Positions 22,375 to 33,496 are shown, counted from the first letter of the whole stretch. The stretch: 63,999 nt of DNA, filler included, from Stramenopiles sp. TOSAG23-3 (GCA_900128585.1; 19 parts of 19 records of this genome joined end to end with filler, not necessarily neighbours in it), one strand, 5' to 3'. Notes: generated by a model not told the origin, from the letters alone. Numbers and translations are program-made.

Positions 22375-23713
22375 TATTTGCGCTTTCGCTCTTGTTTCGA
22401 TCAACAGTGTCAAACGTTTACGGTATATCGGGGGTGCTTGACATGTTGATTGGTTATTCATTTTATAGAAGACGCTGCTTCGTTGTTGGCGTTGGGTGAT
22501 TGTTCGTCCCTCAGCGGCGGTGGCGGTGGGTTAGTTGATAAGAAAAGTGTATTATTTTTATTATTATTATTAATTATATTATTATTATATTAAAATATAC
22601 CACCCACCAGTCTACTACGGTGGAACAGGTAGTATTAATATTATACCGGTACCGGTACAACAGGTTAAAATACCTGGTACGGCACCCGTACGGTATTAAT
22701 AGGTACTACCAATACTCTAAATAAACTACCTCGTCGTCGTCGTCGAGGAAAAGAAGAAGAAGAAGATGATTGTTGTTGTAATATTAACTATAAGGTAAGA
22801 AAGAAATAACTTCTAGGAGGTGTGATATCGAAGGAGGCATTAAGCGTTTTTATTTAGTATACATTTGTTATACTTATATATAGTATTAATATAATCCTAT
22901 AGAATAAGACTATTCATCACATCACAAATCTGTATTAAAAGGGAATACTATGTATTTACTTATTTGTTATATCTATATATAAATTTAGTATTGATTATTT
23001 GTATTCTAAACAGAGACCCCTTTGAGTTTGAGATGATGGTTCCAATTTTAGTAGAGGACTGACTGACTTTACATACTACTTACTGGTATTAATAATACAA
23101 TACAATCAATACAATAAGATTGAACTGTGGAAAAACAATCAAAAGACTTCTTCTCCTTCTTCTCTCCTCTTCTTTTGTTTTCTACTTCTTCTTCGTTGTT
23201 GGTTTTTTATTTATTACATTGGTTTAGTAGGTATTTCTATTTAATAGTATTCCTATGTACTATTAAAATATCAAATTTTGAACAATTCTCCTCTCCTCTC
23301 TCCTCTTCTCATAAATATCCCAAGATCATCATCATATTATTTATTATCCATCATCAACTAATAATAATTATAATTTTTTTAATAATAAAAATAATTAATA
23401 ATTTTTTTTCTTATTATAATAAATATTTTATTAATATATTATAAATACTATATAGACACATCATCATAATAATAATATATACCAACCAAATAAAAAAAAT
23501 TCTTCTCTTCTTCTTCTTCTTTGTTGGTATACTTTATTTTTTTATTACACAAAAAATAAGTTAGGTTACTTACTATCCATACCAGTAGTGAGTAAAAGTG
23601 AATCGTCTCTTATNNNNNNNNNNNNNNNNNNNNNNNNNNNNNNNNNNNNNNNNNNNNTTAATTAATTAANNNNNNNNNNNNNNNNNNNNNNNNNNNNNNN
23701 NNNNNNNNNNNNN

Positions 23714-23792
23714 ATTTCCTGTTTTCCTATTTAATGTTCGTACTGTATAATGTTTTTACATATACGGAAGTCTCCGTGAGAATACAGCGCTT
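23714..23792. repeat. 79-bp contig-terminal inverted repeat, left copy
   Basis: Exact reverse complement of 26918-26996. Confidence 0.95.
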
Positions 23793-24068
23793 TGAAAGCG
23801 ACATAGCATAGGATATGGAAGACTTATTAGTTTTACGGAATAAAAACACTCTCGCACTACCTTTACTACACACCTGCTATATTACAGACAATTATAATTA
23901 TATTGAACCATTTTTCTTTTTTTGCTGAGGAGGAGGAGGTAGGAGGGGCTACTATTTATATTGATAAGAGCTAGTGTCGTTTTCATTCTCTGGCAGTATC
24001 TAGTATCTAGTCATGCCCACCAAATTGTCGGCTAAAGAATTAATTTTCGAACCGTCATAGAAAAGAAT

Positions 24069-26954
24069 ATGCAATCTTCCAAAATTCACATGAGTTCACA
24101 GTCCAGAAACAAATATTGCAAAGGTATTTCCGCCTCTGCCAGCCCGGGTGGTCGGGGGCGTACGGAAATATCAGTTTCGAGTGCGACTGCAAAGATGGCA
24201 CTGCGAAGGGTGAGTGTCGTAGGGACAATCCGAAAACGATTCCAGACAAACCTTCGTGCCCACCAGGACAAACTAACGAGAAACAAGAGATCGCTCGAGA
24301 GGAAAAAGTCTAACCTTGAATGTTTCCCACACACAAATGCGGAAAATATGCCGACAAAGCCACCCGATAGAAGAAACGTTAAGTCTTCGCTCCCAATTAT
24401 GAAGCAGTTGCAAGACGAGAAGCACTACAAGCACAACATACAAAGAATTATGGCAGACATAACTCAAGACTTCTCGAATAGACTGCTTCATAAAGATGAC
24501 AGTCGTTATGAAAACCTCTGTGCCCAGATTTCTGCAAAACGAGACCAGCGTGATAAACGGGAGAAAGAACAGGCGCAGGGAAAGGAAAATGCCCCGTTCC
24601 GGGTGCCCCCCTCGAAACTGGCGCAGCAAACCGTAACGTTGTTTTTAGGAAACCGCAGAAACAGCATTGCATCGAACTTGCTTTTGCAGCAACTTCACCG
24701 AAAGGGCCCGGCGAAATTACCGGACGATTCCCGTCAAATTTCTGCAAACAATAAGCTTAGAGAGGCAATACAAAAAATGCAGCGTACAATGAAAAGTAGG
24801 GATAGCATTGGAAAGTCCAAAACTACTTCTGGCGACATCAGGAGAGTGAAGGGCGGCGGCAAAGAGTACTCTCGCCGGGGCTCTGTCTGCTTACCGAGGG
24901 TATTGGGGAATGGGACGGCAAACGCTTCCCCAGAGACAAACGAAAAACTGCATCCATCCTTGCGGCCACTCCATTTGTTGGAAACTGTACAAAACATAGG
25001 TCCGTTCTCCCCCTTCAAAATGGATGAACTTCTCCAAATTGTACGAGTAATGGAGTGTGTCCAGTTGCCTCTGGGCGGAGCGCTCCGTGATGAAGCAGAG
25101 AAGATCGACCAGTTGGCCTCGGCAGGAGCGGGGTGGTTCTGCTACCTCCAGTCGGGTGTGTGCGCAACTTTCTGTCCGCGCACGGGTGAATGCACTAAAC
25201 AGTATCAAGCTGGAAGCTATTGGGGCGAAGATTATTTGATGTTTGACGAGTGCAACGGTTGCCCTAACGTAGTTGCCCAGACTCCGTCTACGGTGTGGAC
25301 ACTGTCGTCTGCAAATTTTCGATCGGCGATTGCAAAGCAGAACGAAGAGGCGTTTCGTGTGTTTAAACACTACATTGACTTCATCCCAAAATTGGCGAAT
25401 CGCCTGCAGACCTACGAAAGTGTTCACAATTTATTTTGTCTGTTCGATACGGAAACCTACAGCCCCGGGTCTGTTCTTCAAGCCGATGGTGCCGACAACG
25501 GTGGCACTCGAAAATTATATGTAGTCAAGCACGGCACAGTCAGATGGGTTAGGAAACTTTCAGAAAATTATCACGGTGGTAATTCAATGGCGATTCCACT
25601 GGAGAAGGAAGGCACCCTTCGTGCTGGTGGTATTTTTGGCATGTTTTACCTGCAACCGGACACGGAAGAGAACCGTACAAAGTGTACTGTGCCCACCACT
25701 TTGTTCGTCGACGATGGGGAAGGCGTGGAGTGCTTTACTGCCCCAGTGGATGTTTTGAAGCATTTTTTTGATAGCTCCTACGATCCCCTGAAACGGCAGG
25801 GTTGCCCTCGCGAGCCAAGGAGCCCCGCGTACTCCGTGCCTTGGCAATATCAACCACCCCGTCGAACATCGTCCAGTATTGCCGTGGCGAGCCTGGGGGC
25901 TCTTGACGTCGACCTATGCACAGTGAAAGCTCGCCTCAGGCAGGGTCGGTGGTCCTCTGAATTGGCAGTGGTAGAACAAGTGGGGAAAGACAGCGGTCGC
26001 AAAGCGTCGAGTTTTCATGTTCGTTGCATTCTGAAGAAGCGTATGGAAGCGGCAGAAAACTACGATCAGCTCTTGGAGGAAAGACGAAATGTTTTGCGTG
26101 TTCGCCACCCGTTCGTAATCCGACTGCGCAGGATCGGCGAAGACCCCGAAGCGTTGTACATGGCCTTCGAACCCGTCAAAGGTGGTACCCTAAGTCGTTT
26201 GTTGGAGAGACAATCGCTTGGGTACTTCCACCATGAGACCGCGCGCTTCTACGTTGCATCTATTATCCTAGTGTTGGAGCACCTTGCTTTGCTGAATATT
26301 GCTCACCGAGACCTCACGACTCGAAATGTGGGCCTGGACAAGCACGGCTATGTCAAAATCATGGGATTCCAGGATTCCAAAACGGTCGAACACCGAACAT
26401 TTACCCTGTGTGGTACACCTGCGTTTATGTCTCCGGAGATGATTCTGTTCAGGGGCTACGGCACGTCAACAGACGCATGGAGCCTTGGGGTGTTGGCCCA
26501 TGAGCTCCTGTTTGGAATAAACCCTTACGCTTGTTCATCTGACTTTAAGACATGCAGCAAAATTGTCAGCGGGGGCGCCCCGCAAATGGTAAACTGCCAC
26601 TCTAGCGTTGCTTCGAGGGATTTTGTATACCGTTTGCTGAAACCTAGGCCTAGTTTCCGCCTTGGTTGCGGAGTCCATGGTCCACGTGGGATGCGGAAGC
26701 ATAGTTGGTTCGAGGGGCTGGTGTGGGAAAAATTAAAACGGAAACGTACGAAAGCGCCTGTGTTGCTCCGGAGCTCACACAAAGGAAAGTCCAATTACGA
26801 AACAAAGTTCGACGGCGACTGTTTTAAAAATGGAAAGAGGCTGTCTCAATTCGTACGGTCGGAGCTATGTGGTGTTTGCCCACCTCGAGGGGGAGTACCA
26901 ACGTTGCCGTTGTTGAGAAGCGCTGTATTCTCACGGAGACTTCCGTATATGTAA
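24069..26954 (+). CDS. cGMP/cAMP-dependent kinase-like protein with two degenerate cNMP-binding domains and a degenerate AGC kinase domain
   Basis: TFTLCGTPAFMSPE, DAWSLGVL, RLGC and HSWFEGLVW are PKA/PKG-like. cNMP-like segments GSYWGE and KLYVVKHGTV. Catalytic motifs are altered. Confidence 0.85.
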   Translation: MQSSKIHMSSQSRNKYCKGISASASPGGRGRTEISVSSATAKMALRRVSVVGTIRKRFQTNLRAHQDKLTRNKRSLERKKSNLECFPHTNAENMPTKPPDRRNVKSSLPIMKQLQDEKHYKHNIQRIMADITQDFSNRLLHKDDSRYENLCAQISAKRDQRDKREKEQAQGKENAPFRVPPSKLAQQTVTLFLGNRRNSIASNLLLQQLHRKGPAKLPDDSRQISANNKLREAIQKMQRTMKSRDSIGKSKTTSGDIRRVKGGGKEYSRRGSVCLPRVLGNGTANASPETNEKLHPSLRPLHLLETVQNIGPFSPFKMDELLQIVRVMECVQLPLGGALRDEAEKIDQLASAGAGWFCYLQSGVCATFCPRTGECTKQYQAGSYWGEDYLMFDECNGCPNVVAQTPSTVWTLSSANFRSAIAKQNEEAFRVFKHYIDFIPKLANRLQTYESVHNLFCLFDTETYSPGSVLQADGADNGGTRKLYVVKHGTVRWVRKLSENYHGGNSMAIPLEKEGTLRAGGIFGMFYLQPDTEENRTKCTVPTTLFVDDGEGVECFTAPVDVLKHFFDSSYDPLKRQGCPREPRSPAYSVPWQYQPPRRTSSSIAVASLGALDVDLCTVKARLRQGRWSSELAVVEQVGKDSGRKASSFHVRCILKKRMEAAENYDQLLEERRNVLRVRHPFVIRLRRIGEDPEALYMAFEPVKGGTLSRLLERQSLGYFHHETARFYVASIILVLEHLALLNIAHRDLTTRNVGLDKHGYVKIMGFQDSKTVEHRTFTLCGTPAFMSPEMILFRGYGTSTDAWSLGVLAHELLFGINPYACSSDFKTCSKIVSGGAPQMVNCHSSVASRDFVYRLLKPRPSFRLGCGVHGPRGMRKHSWFEGLVWEKLKRKRTKAPVLLRSSHKGKSNYETKFDGDCFKNGKRLSQFVRSELCGVCPPRGGVPTLPLLRSAVFSRRLPYM

Positions 26955-26996
26955 AAACATTATACAGTACGAACATTAAATAGGAAAACAGGAAAT
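26918..26996. repeat. 79-bp contig-terminal inverted repeat, right copy, overlapping the kinase stop
   Basis: Exact reverse complement of 23714-23792. Confidence 0.95.
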
Positions 26997-27098
26997 NNNN
27001 NNNNNNNNNNNNNNNNNNNNNNNNNNNNNNNNNNNNNNNNTTAATTAATTAANNNNNNNNNNNNNNNNNNNNNNNNNNNNNNNNNNNNNNNNNNNNGA

Positions 27099-27152
27099 TT
27101 TATTTCGGGGGTTACGCTTCCCGTGGACGGAGCCCTGCATTTGATCTCTTAA
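27099..27152 (+). CDS. 3' tip of a short-chain dehydrogenase/reductase gene
   Basis: Translates FISGVTLPVDGALHLIS*, matching the SDR C-terminal (F/Y)ITGxxLxVDG motif. Confidence 0.6.
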   Translation, partial: FISGVTLPVDGALHLIS

Positions 27153-27631
27153 ATCCCTACTCGTGGTATAAAATACATACTATATAATCAGTTTTTTTAA
27201 CTGTTGTTGGTACGAAGTAGTAGAAAAAGAAAAAAAACAAGTTAGGATTAGGGTTGGAACTCTGAAGAAATTGAAATTGATATAGAGACGACTACCAAGG
27301 GGTATTATTTAGACTAATAATAAAAAAAGCTTGATAGCTTTTGAGAGAGTCTTATAATGATGTAAATTATTATTAATAATAGTGCGGTTATATTATTATT
27401 TTGATCAAAATATACAAGTTTATTACGGATGAGAAGACGTTAGAGAATAATAACTTTCGAGCTATTCGACCGAAAGGGCGAGTCGATGCCACCGGTGTTT
27501 GGCCAGTAGCATTACGTATCCCTTACCTAACTTGGGAGGCTTTTGGAAAGTAGTAGTACATGTCAGACTACGATACATTTTGGATGAGCTAGACCTTGGT
27601 GAGTTTGGTGGTTGAGTGTCGTTTCGCGGAG

Positions 27632-29326
27632 ATGACAACGATGAGCCTTCGGCTCGCGCTCTCGATCCTGGCGTGCCTCCACCTCGCGCGCGCGCTCGCC
27701 GGTCAGCCCACGCGGCGCGCGAACCTTCTGGTGCTGGAACTCCCGCCGCCACCCCTCGTGCCCTCTCTGCCGGCTCTCCAGCTGGGGCTCAACGCCGTGA
27801 GCGGCACGTGGTGCCCCTGCGGTGCGTCCGCCGCGGCACCTTGCCCGGCGGGGCCGTTCAACGTGACGAACGATATCCTCCGCTTGGGCCCCTCCATGGT
27901 CCGGACGCACGACGCCATGCTTCTCACGCCAGAGATCTACCAGCACGCGGCCAACCGGCCGTGGGGCGTGCGCGTGTTCAATTGGGACAGCATCTACCCC
28001 GATTTGAACGCGGACCCGACCGACCCGAAGAGTTACAACTTTACCGACGCCGACCGATGGAAGGCTGAGTTCGACCGCCTCGGCATAAGGACGCTGCTCC
28101 GTCTTGGCTCCAGCGTCAACCAAGGCGCGGCGTCCACGAACATTTCCATGTCCGATGTGGACCATTTGAGCGAAGCTTTTCTTCATTTCGTGAAACACTT
28201 TAACGACGGGTGGGGCGCTGCGGCGTCCGCGCACCACTCCCAAAACAACCTCCAAAAAATCGAGTACGTCGAAGTTTGGAACGAGCCAGAGGGTGCATTT
28301 TGGACGGGAGATGCAACAACACTCCACGCGCTGCTTCATCAAACGATCTCGAAACTTCGCAAGTACGATCCGTCGCTGTACGTGGGGCCAAACAACGCGT
28401 GTCCGTACGGCGACTGCACGAACAATGCAAGCCACTCGGACGACGGTTACGAGTTTGACGCTCTGGACGCCGTCATGAATATGACCTCTGATCCAGATCT
28501 GCTACCGAACGTGTACTCGTGGCACGAGTACATTTATCAATATCCCACGCTGACTGATGTTTTGTTCAACGTCACCAAAGAGAAGTTACGAGAGCGCAAC
28601 TTCTCCTCCTCATTTGTAGCGTCCTCCCCAACTCTTCGTCCGATACAACAAATTATTACGGAGTGGAACCCGTGCGCGGAGGGGTCGTGCCTGAAGCCAA
28701 AGGAAACCAACTCGTGGGCCGCGGCTGATTTTGGACAGACTGTCATGGTGCATGCTCTGTTGGGTGTCAACGTGTCCATGCCCTACCCGCTCTGTGCGGT
28801 CAACAACGACTGGGGTCTCGTGTCGACTGTCGATGATGGAGAGAGCGAGGCTCAGAGCCATTCAGTGACGTGGCGTCCGCAAGCCTACGCGTTCGAGATG
28901 ATGAGCAAAATTCTGCGCGAAACGCCCCACGTGTTTAGTGGTGACGTGACGCCGGCAGTGTCTCCAGAGAAATTCCCAGATCGTCCTTATCTTGGCGCTG
29001 GATTTCTCAACGTGAATCGAACGAGAATCAATGTGGTGTACGTCGCAAGAATGAAGAACGCCTTGAAGGAGAGAAGCGAGCTGCGAGTGGAGCTGCGTAA
29101 TGTTGGAGCTGCCGGAGACATGTTTCAAGTGACGTGCTCGGTGATTGACGATCAGAGCGAGCCAGAGGGAGTGACGCGAGCATGCGCGGGTGTGAACGGG
29201 ACGACGACGTCAGTGGCGACGGCGATGGTGGTGGTGGTGGCATCCGATGGAAGCGTGTCCTTTCCGCACAGGTTCGAGGCAGCGACACCGTCGCTGCTAA
29301 GGGTGAGGTTGGTAAAATTGTACTGA
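27632..29326 (+). CDS. Secreted clan GH-A glycoside hydrolase, GH39-like
   Basis: Signal peptide; YNFTDAD; acid/base EVWNEP; YSWHEY; nucleophile ITEWN. Confidence 0.8.
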   Translation: MTTMSLRLALSILACLHLARALAGQPTRRANLLVLELPPPPLVPSLPALQLGLNAVSGTWCPCGASAAAPCPAGPFNVTNDILRLGPSMVRTHDAMLLTPEIYQHAANRPWGVRVFNWDSIYPDLNADPTDPKSYNFTDADRWKAEFDRLGIRTLLRLGSSVNQGAASTNISMSDVDHLSEAFLHFVKHFNDGWGAAASAHHSQNNLQKIEYVEVWNEPEGAFWTGDATTLHALLHQTISKLRKYDPSLYVGPNNACPYGDCTNNASHSDDGYEFDALDAVMNMTSDPDLLPNVYSWHEYIYQYPTLTDVLFNVTKEKLRERNFSSSFVASSPTLRPIQQIITEWNPCAEGSCLKPKETNSWAAADFGQTVMVHALLGVNVSMPYPLCAVNNDWGLVSTVDDGESEAQSHSVTWRPQAYAFEMMSKILRETPHVFSGDVTPAVSPEKFPDRPYLGAGFLNVNRTRINVVYVARMKNALKERSELRVELRNVGAAGDMFQVTCSVIDDQSEPEGVTRACAGVNGTTTSVATAMVVVVASDGSVSFPHRFEAATPSLLRVRLVKLY

Positions 29327-29665
29327 TTGATTCTTTCTAATGGCGACATAGGCACCAAATTGATACTAGTATACTAGAATATATACTTGAGATGTGTCAT
29401 TTGTTTTTTGACTTGTTCATAGTTTTATACGTATTTCAACTTTGAGTTACATGATTGCTGGCCATCGTTGATAACAGATGAAGTGATGACGAAGGGCGAA
29501 GACCAACATCATTTGAAGAATCGATGATTGCATCCGTTCACTCCCAACCCACGCACAAACAACTCCGTTGACAATAGTGTGGAAAACCACGCTGAGAGTT
29601 AGAGCCTAACTGATGTAAACTATTAATACTCTTCACAGTTAGACACTATCATTATCTTCTAAAGT

Positions 29666-29758
29666 AAAAACAAATTATATCTTCTAAAGTTATGATATTA
29701 GACACTAACTATTTTATTAAAAAACAAGAAAATTGGCTGTTATTTAAGTAATTAAATT
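29666..29758. repeat. Dispersed 3'-intergenic repeat, modules B and A
   Basis: aaaaacaaattatat at 29666; aaaacaagaaaattggctgttatttaagtaattaaa at 29721. Confidence 0.85.
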
Positions 29759-29761
29759 TAG

Positions 29762-29970
29762 CTTCGTCGTATTGAGACACAGTGGGAAAAGCCAAAATGC
29801 ATTGTCAAAGAGGAGGAAGAACGAGCTGAACAGTTGGCAAAAATCAAAATGGNNNNNNNNNNNNNNNNNNNNNNNNNNNNNNNNNNNNNNNNNNNNNNNC
29901 AAGATTCAGCGCGAGGAGGAAGAAGAGGAAAAGGCCAGAGAGGAGGCAAACCTTGAGGCGATGTTAGCGC
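29762..29970 (+). CDS. Isolated exon-like fragment (WW-domain tail plus Glu-rich coiled coil) spanning a scaffold gap
   Basis: LRRIETQWEKPKCIVKEEEERAEQLAKIK...KIQREEEEEEKAREEA, bounded by TTTAG and GTACGT. Confidence 0.4.
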
Positions 29971-31235
29971 GTACGTCGGTAATTTATTTTAAATCTTATT
30001 ATTCATATGTATATGATATATGATAACGCTTAATAGATAAAAACAAAATATTAATATCTAAAAATTTAGCTTACTCATACCTTCCTTCTTGAATATCTAA
30101 AGAACAGCCAAAATATTCTGTTTAATAAACAAAGTACGTGAACCTTTTTTAAATAATTCAAGCGAGGAACTAGCACGGAAGCGCGGGCAGGCACCTTCTC
30201 GACAGGAAATGATCAACAAGGCCAGCTTTTTATATCCTTGACAGTTCCGTCTCTTTATCCTCTGATGACCTGCCGCCCTTCTTGCAAAGTCCATTCAGGA
30301 TCAGTAGCGCCCCAATCAGACAAAATATCACTCCGCAGGACCACAGAATAGTACCTGCAAGCGTAATAGNNNNNNNNNNNNNNNNNNNNNNNNNNNNNNN
30401 NNNNNNNNNNNNNTTAATTAATTAANNNNNNNNNNNNNNNNNNNNNNNNNNNNNNNNNNNNNNNNNNNNAGTGACGTTTTTACGGGAAACACTTTGATAT
30501 ATTAGTAGTGTAGAGTGATTTACAAGTACGTAAATAAGATAGGAAATTCAACTCGAAAAAGATAAACACGAAGTTGCACCTGGTAAAAAGCAGGCGAACT
30601 ATCAAAAACAGGAAGAAAAACAACATATTGAGTTTTTTTTCTCTCTCTCCACTTTCCGATTTAAATGACTTCTACTCTATATAATTTGTTTTTCAAAAAG
30701 AAAAAATTGTATACTCTTGTATACATAAAGAGTTTTAGTTCTTTAACTTGTTTGTACTGTTTTTAAAAATCTTCTCTAGCTTTCGATTGGGTTCCACCTC
30801 GATTGTTTGATCCCGGGGTGGAGGAGCTTGTCTCGTACGCGCCGCGTACCGGAACCTAACGCGCCACCAATTCCCCTCTCCATACGCAAGAGGACCGAGG
30901 GAAGACGGACGCAATGATCCCGTTCAACATTGGGCCAGTGCCTTTACCGGATCGAACAAAGCAACATGGCGAGCCCACAAAAATTCCCAGCGACCCTAGG
31001 AGCCGTGACGACACGGAAAATGGCGTCGGTTGCTTGACCCAGAACGGACAAACTGCAGCAAACGAATCGGGGTCCGACCCCTCCACAGAGACAACTGGGG
31101 AAGAACGGCCAGCTCATGCCGGAATCAGATCCCCTCCAAAAGGAGAAAATTCCCCACGAATGCCGGGAGACAGCGACTTTGCAACCAAACAAGCCAGGAA
31201 ACCGCCGTCACGCACTCAATAAATAACAGACATTA

Positions 31236-31379
31236 AATTATTTTGTTTTGAAGACAAAATAATGGCTGCTATTTATGTATTTAAAAATGTAGAAAAAGAA
31301 AAAAGGGGGTGTCAGTTCAAGATCAAAATATCTCCTCCTGTTGCAGATCCTTCCAACTTCTGGTCAAAACTCCAATTGA
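31236..31379. repeat. Dispersed 3'-intergenic repeat, degenerate reverse B, A and D
   Basis: ggtgtcagttcaaga...tctcctcctgttgcagatcc...ttctggtcaaaactccaattg matches 58468-58507 and 63885-63937. Confidence 0.85.
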
Positions 31380-31555
31380 CTACTAAGCAGCGGCGTAATA
31401 ATATTTTTGAAGGTGTCCTGGTTCCACTCATTGAATATAATAAGAATATGTTTTCTTAGACCTTAGCATTTAATCAAGAGTGCTGTGTGACGCAACGTTC
31501 TTCTGAGCTCACGCCTCTCCTGTTCACCAAATTCTGAGATCTACAGAGACAGGCA

Positions 31556-32854
31556 TCAACTTCTTTCCCAATCCAACTTATATAAATCTTTCCGCTTCTG
31601 CTTGCCCACTGGTATATTTTCCCTAACCTCTTCGACATTCGCGAAATCTATATCACAGAGTATAATATCAGAATTATGTCCAGTTGTTGCAATTACATCT
31701 CCCCACGGTGAAATTACTGTTGAGTGTCCCCATGCATGATATGAGGCATCCAAATTTCTTGCTGGGGAAACAGTTGCAACATAAACTTGGTTGTCGACTG
31801 CTCTTGCTCTCTGCAAAAGTTCCCAGTGTGCTGGACCTGTTGTCATGTTAAATGCACCTGGAAAGACCAAAAGTTTGCATCCTTCTTCTCGCATAATCAT
31901 GCTTTGTTCTGGAAAACGTATATCATAGCAAATGCCAACCCCAACTTTACCTTGGGGCATTTCAAATGTAGTCAATGAATTACCGGCTGTCAATATATCA
32001 GATTCCTTGAAAGTTATACGGCCAGGGACATCGATATCAAACAAATGGACCTTCCTGTGTTTGCCAACTATTTTTCCATGTGGGGAAATTATTACAGACG
32101 TATTATATATACTACCATCTGAGGCGATTTCCGGTATGCTTCCACCTATGATGTAAACCCGATGATGAACAGCAGCCTCGATTAACATGGTAGTTGAGGG
32201 GCTCAGATCCACATTTAATTCTGATACGGATGAAGGAATAACCTCGGCATACTTTGGAAATGACGACGTATCATAAGGGCACTGAAAACATTCTGGTAAA
32301 GCTACAAGATCCGCCCCACCCCGTACAGCATAGTCAATAGCACTTCTGGCAAGCACCAAATTAGCAGCTTTGTCCTTCCCAACCGAGATTTGACATAAAC
32401 CTAGGCGAAGTTTTTTTTTTGAGTTATCGCCCGCTTTGAAAACCTCATCGTTTTTCGGCAGTTGAACGTTTGTTTTCGCACCTTCAAGCGCAGAAGACAA
32501 AGAATTCACACGTGTTTCTAAATCGATTATTGTCTCAATGTTTGACAGCGCTTTTGAAATATCTGATATTCCAAGTTCAGAGTGGCTACTGCGCTGTGCA
32601 CTATCAGCAAGTGAAACGACCCCGAGACTAGCCAAAGTCGCACTGCTGAAGAGAGTAAATAAGCTATTTGGCCAGATACCCTTTTTGTATGCTTTCGTAG
32701 AGAGTGAGAACGTGGAGCGAGCCGACATTCTCGTGGCCTCACTAATAGAAGAAATAGGTTTGGCTTCCTGGACCAATAGGGATCTGGAAAAGCGATTTGC
32801 AAAAAGTGCACCACGGCGGAGAACAGGGGGACCACGAGGGAATAGGTGCGACAT
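31556..32854 (-). CDS. NIT2: Omega-amidase (nitrilase family) with a long N-terminal targeting extension
   Basis: E-K-C triad in ALPECF, HRKVHLFD and GICYDIRF; also GAFNMTTGPAHWELLQRARAVDNQ. Confidence 0.93.
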   Translation of the reverse strand: MSHLFPRGPPVLRRGALFANRFSRSLLVQEAKPISSISEATRMSARSTFSLSTKAYKKGIWPNSLFTLFSSATLASLGVVSLADSAQRSSHSELGISDISKALSNIETIIDLETRVNSLSSALEGAKTNVQLPKNDEVFKAGDNSKKKLRLGLCQISVGKDKAANLVLARSAIDYAVRGGADLVALPECFQCPYDTSSFPKYAEVIPSSVSELNVDLSPSTTMLIEAAVHHRVYIIGGSIPEIASDGSIYNTSVIISPHGKIVGKHRKVHLFDIDVPGRITFKESDILTAGNSLTTFEMPQGKVGVGICYDIRFPEQSMIMREEGCKLLVFPGAFNMTTGPAHWELLQRARAVDNQVYVATVSPARNLDASYHAWGHSTVISPWGDVIATTGHNSDIILCDIDFANVEEVRENIPVGKQKRKDLYKLDWERS

Positions 32855-33288
32855 TTCTTCGTTCGTGAACCGTTTTAGTGTCTGGCACGAGTAAATCGTT
32901 TGTGTGTATATGGATTGCTGATGCGTTACTTAGCTTCGAAAAACCGTGGCAAGGCGTTTCTTGGGCTCAAGAGTTTAAATGAGGCACAACCCAGAAAGAT
33001 AATATTATGCGAAATGGTCAATAGCGGCTTATTATTCGATGTGGTCAATATTGATAAGCTTGTCCACAAGCATGAGCCACTTCTACAAATTGTTTCGAAT
33101 GTCAGATTGTGTTGTGGAGAAGACCCTGCGAGTATTAGTCGTCTAGTAATAATCTCTAAACTTCCGAATTTGAACGGAGGATAGTTGGAATAGTAGAGAG
33201 AATAAATATGATGTGTTCCCTAAATTTGATGTTAAGGAAATCGTCACAAACGTTATATTTGGGTTGTTAGTCTCTTCTTCCATCACAT

Positions 33289-33496
33289 ATGCGATGAGGA
33301 ACTTGCCAAAACGGACCATTTATTTGTGAGTTTAACAAAGATAAATCCTTAACTAGTTAGGAAAACCTAAATTTTATTTTGATTTCTTAAACAAGTTTTA
33401 AGGTTTGATATTTATTGTTATATTAATTAATGCTGTTTAAAAGTGTATGACTCTTTTTTCAAATGGTTCGTTTTGGCTAGTTGCTCCTTATCGCGT
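33289..33496. mobile_element. Degenerate foldback (MITE-like relic)
   Basis: 33289-33321 is an imperfect reverse complement of 33461-33496. Inner arms also pair loosely. Confidence 0.5.

Noticed and set aside
22630-22710. Cluster of short GGTACC/CCGG/GTAC palindromes
   Set aside because: Short, irregular and single-copy; consistent with low-complexity slippage.
30914-31222. 102-aa ORF
   Set aside because: GC-richer and possibly a terminal exon, but it has no recognisable motif or supported gene model.
31262-31459. 65-aa ORF over repeat module D as a transposase remnant
   Set aside because: The frame is not preserved in the copies at 58468 and 63885, and no transposase motif is visible.
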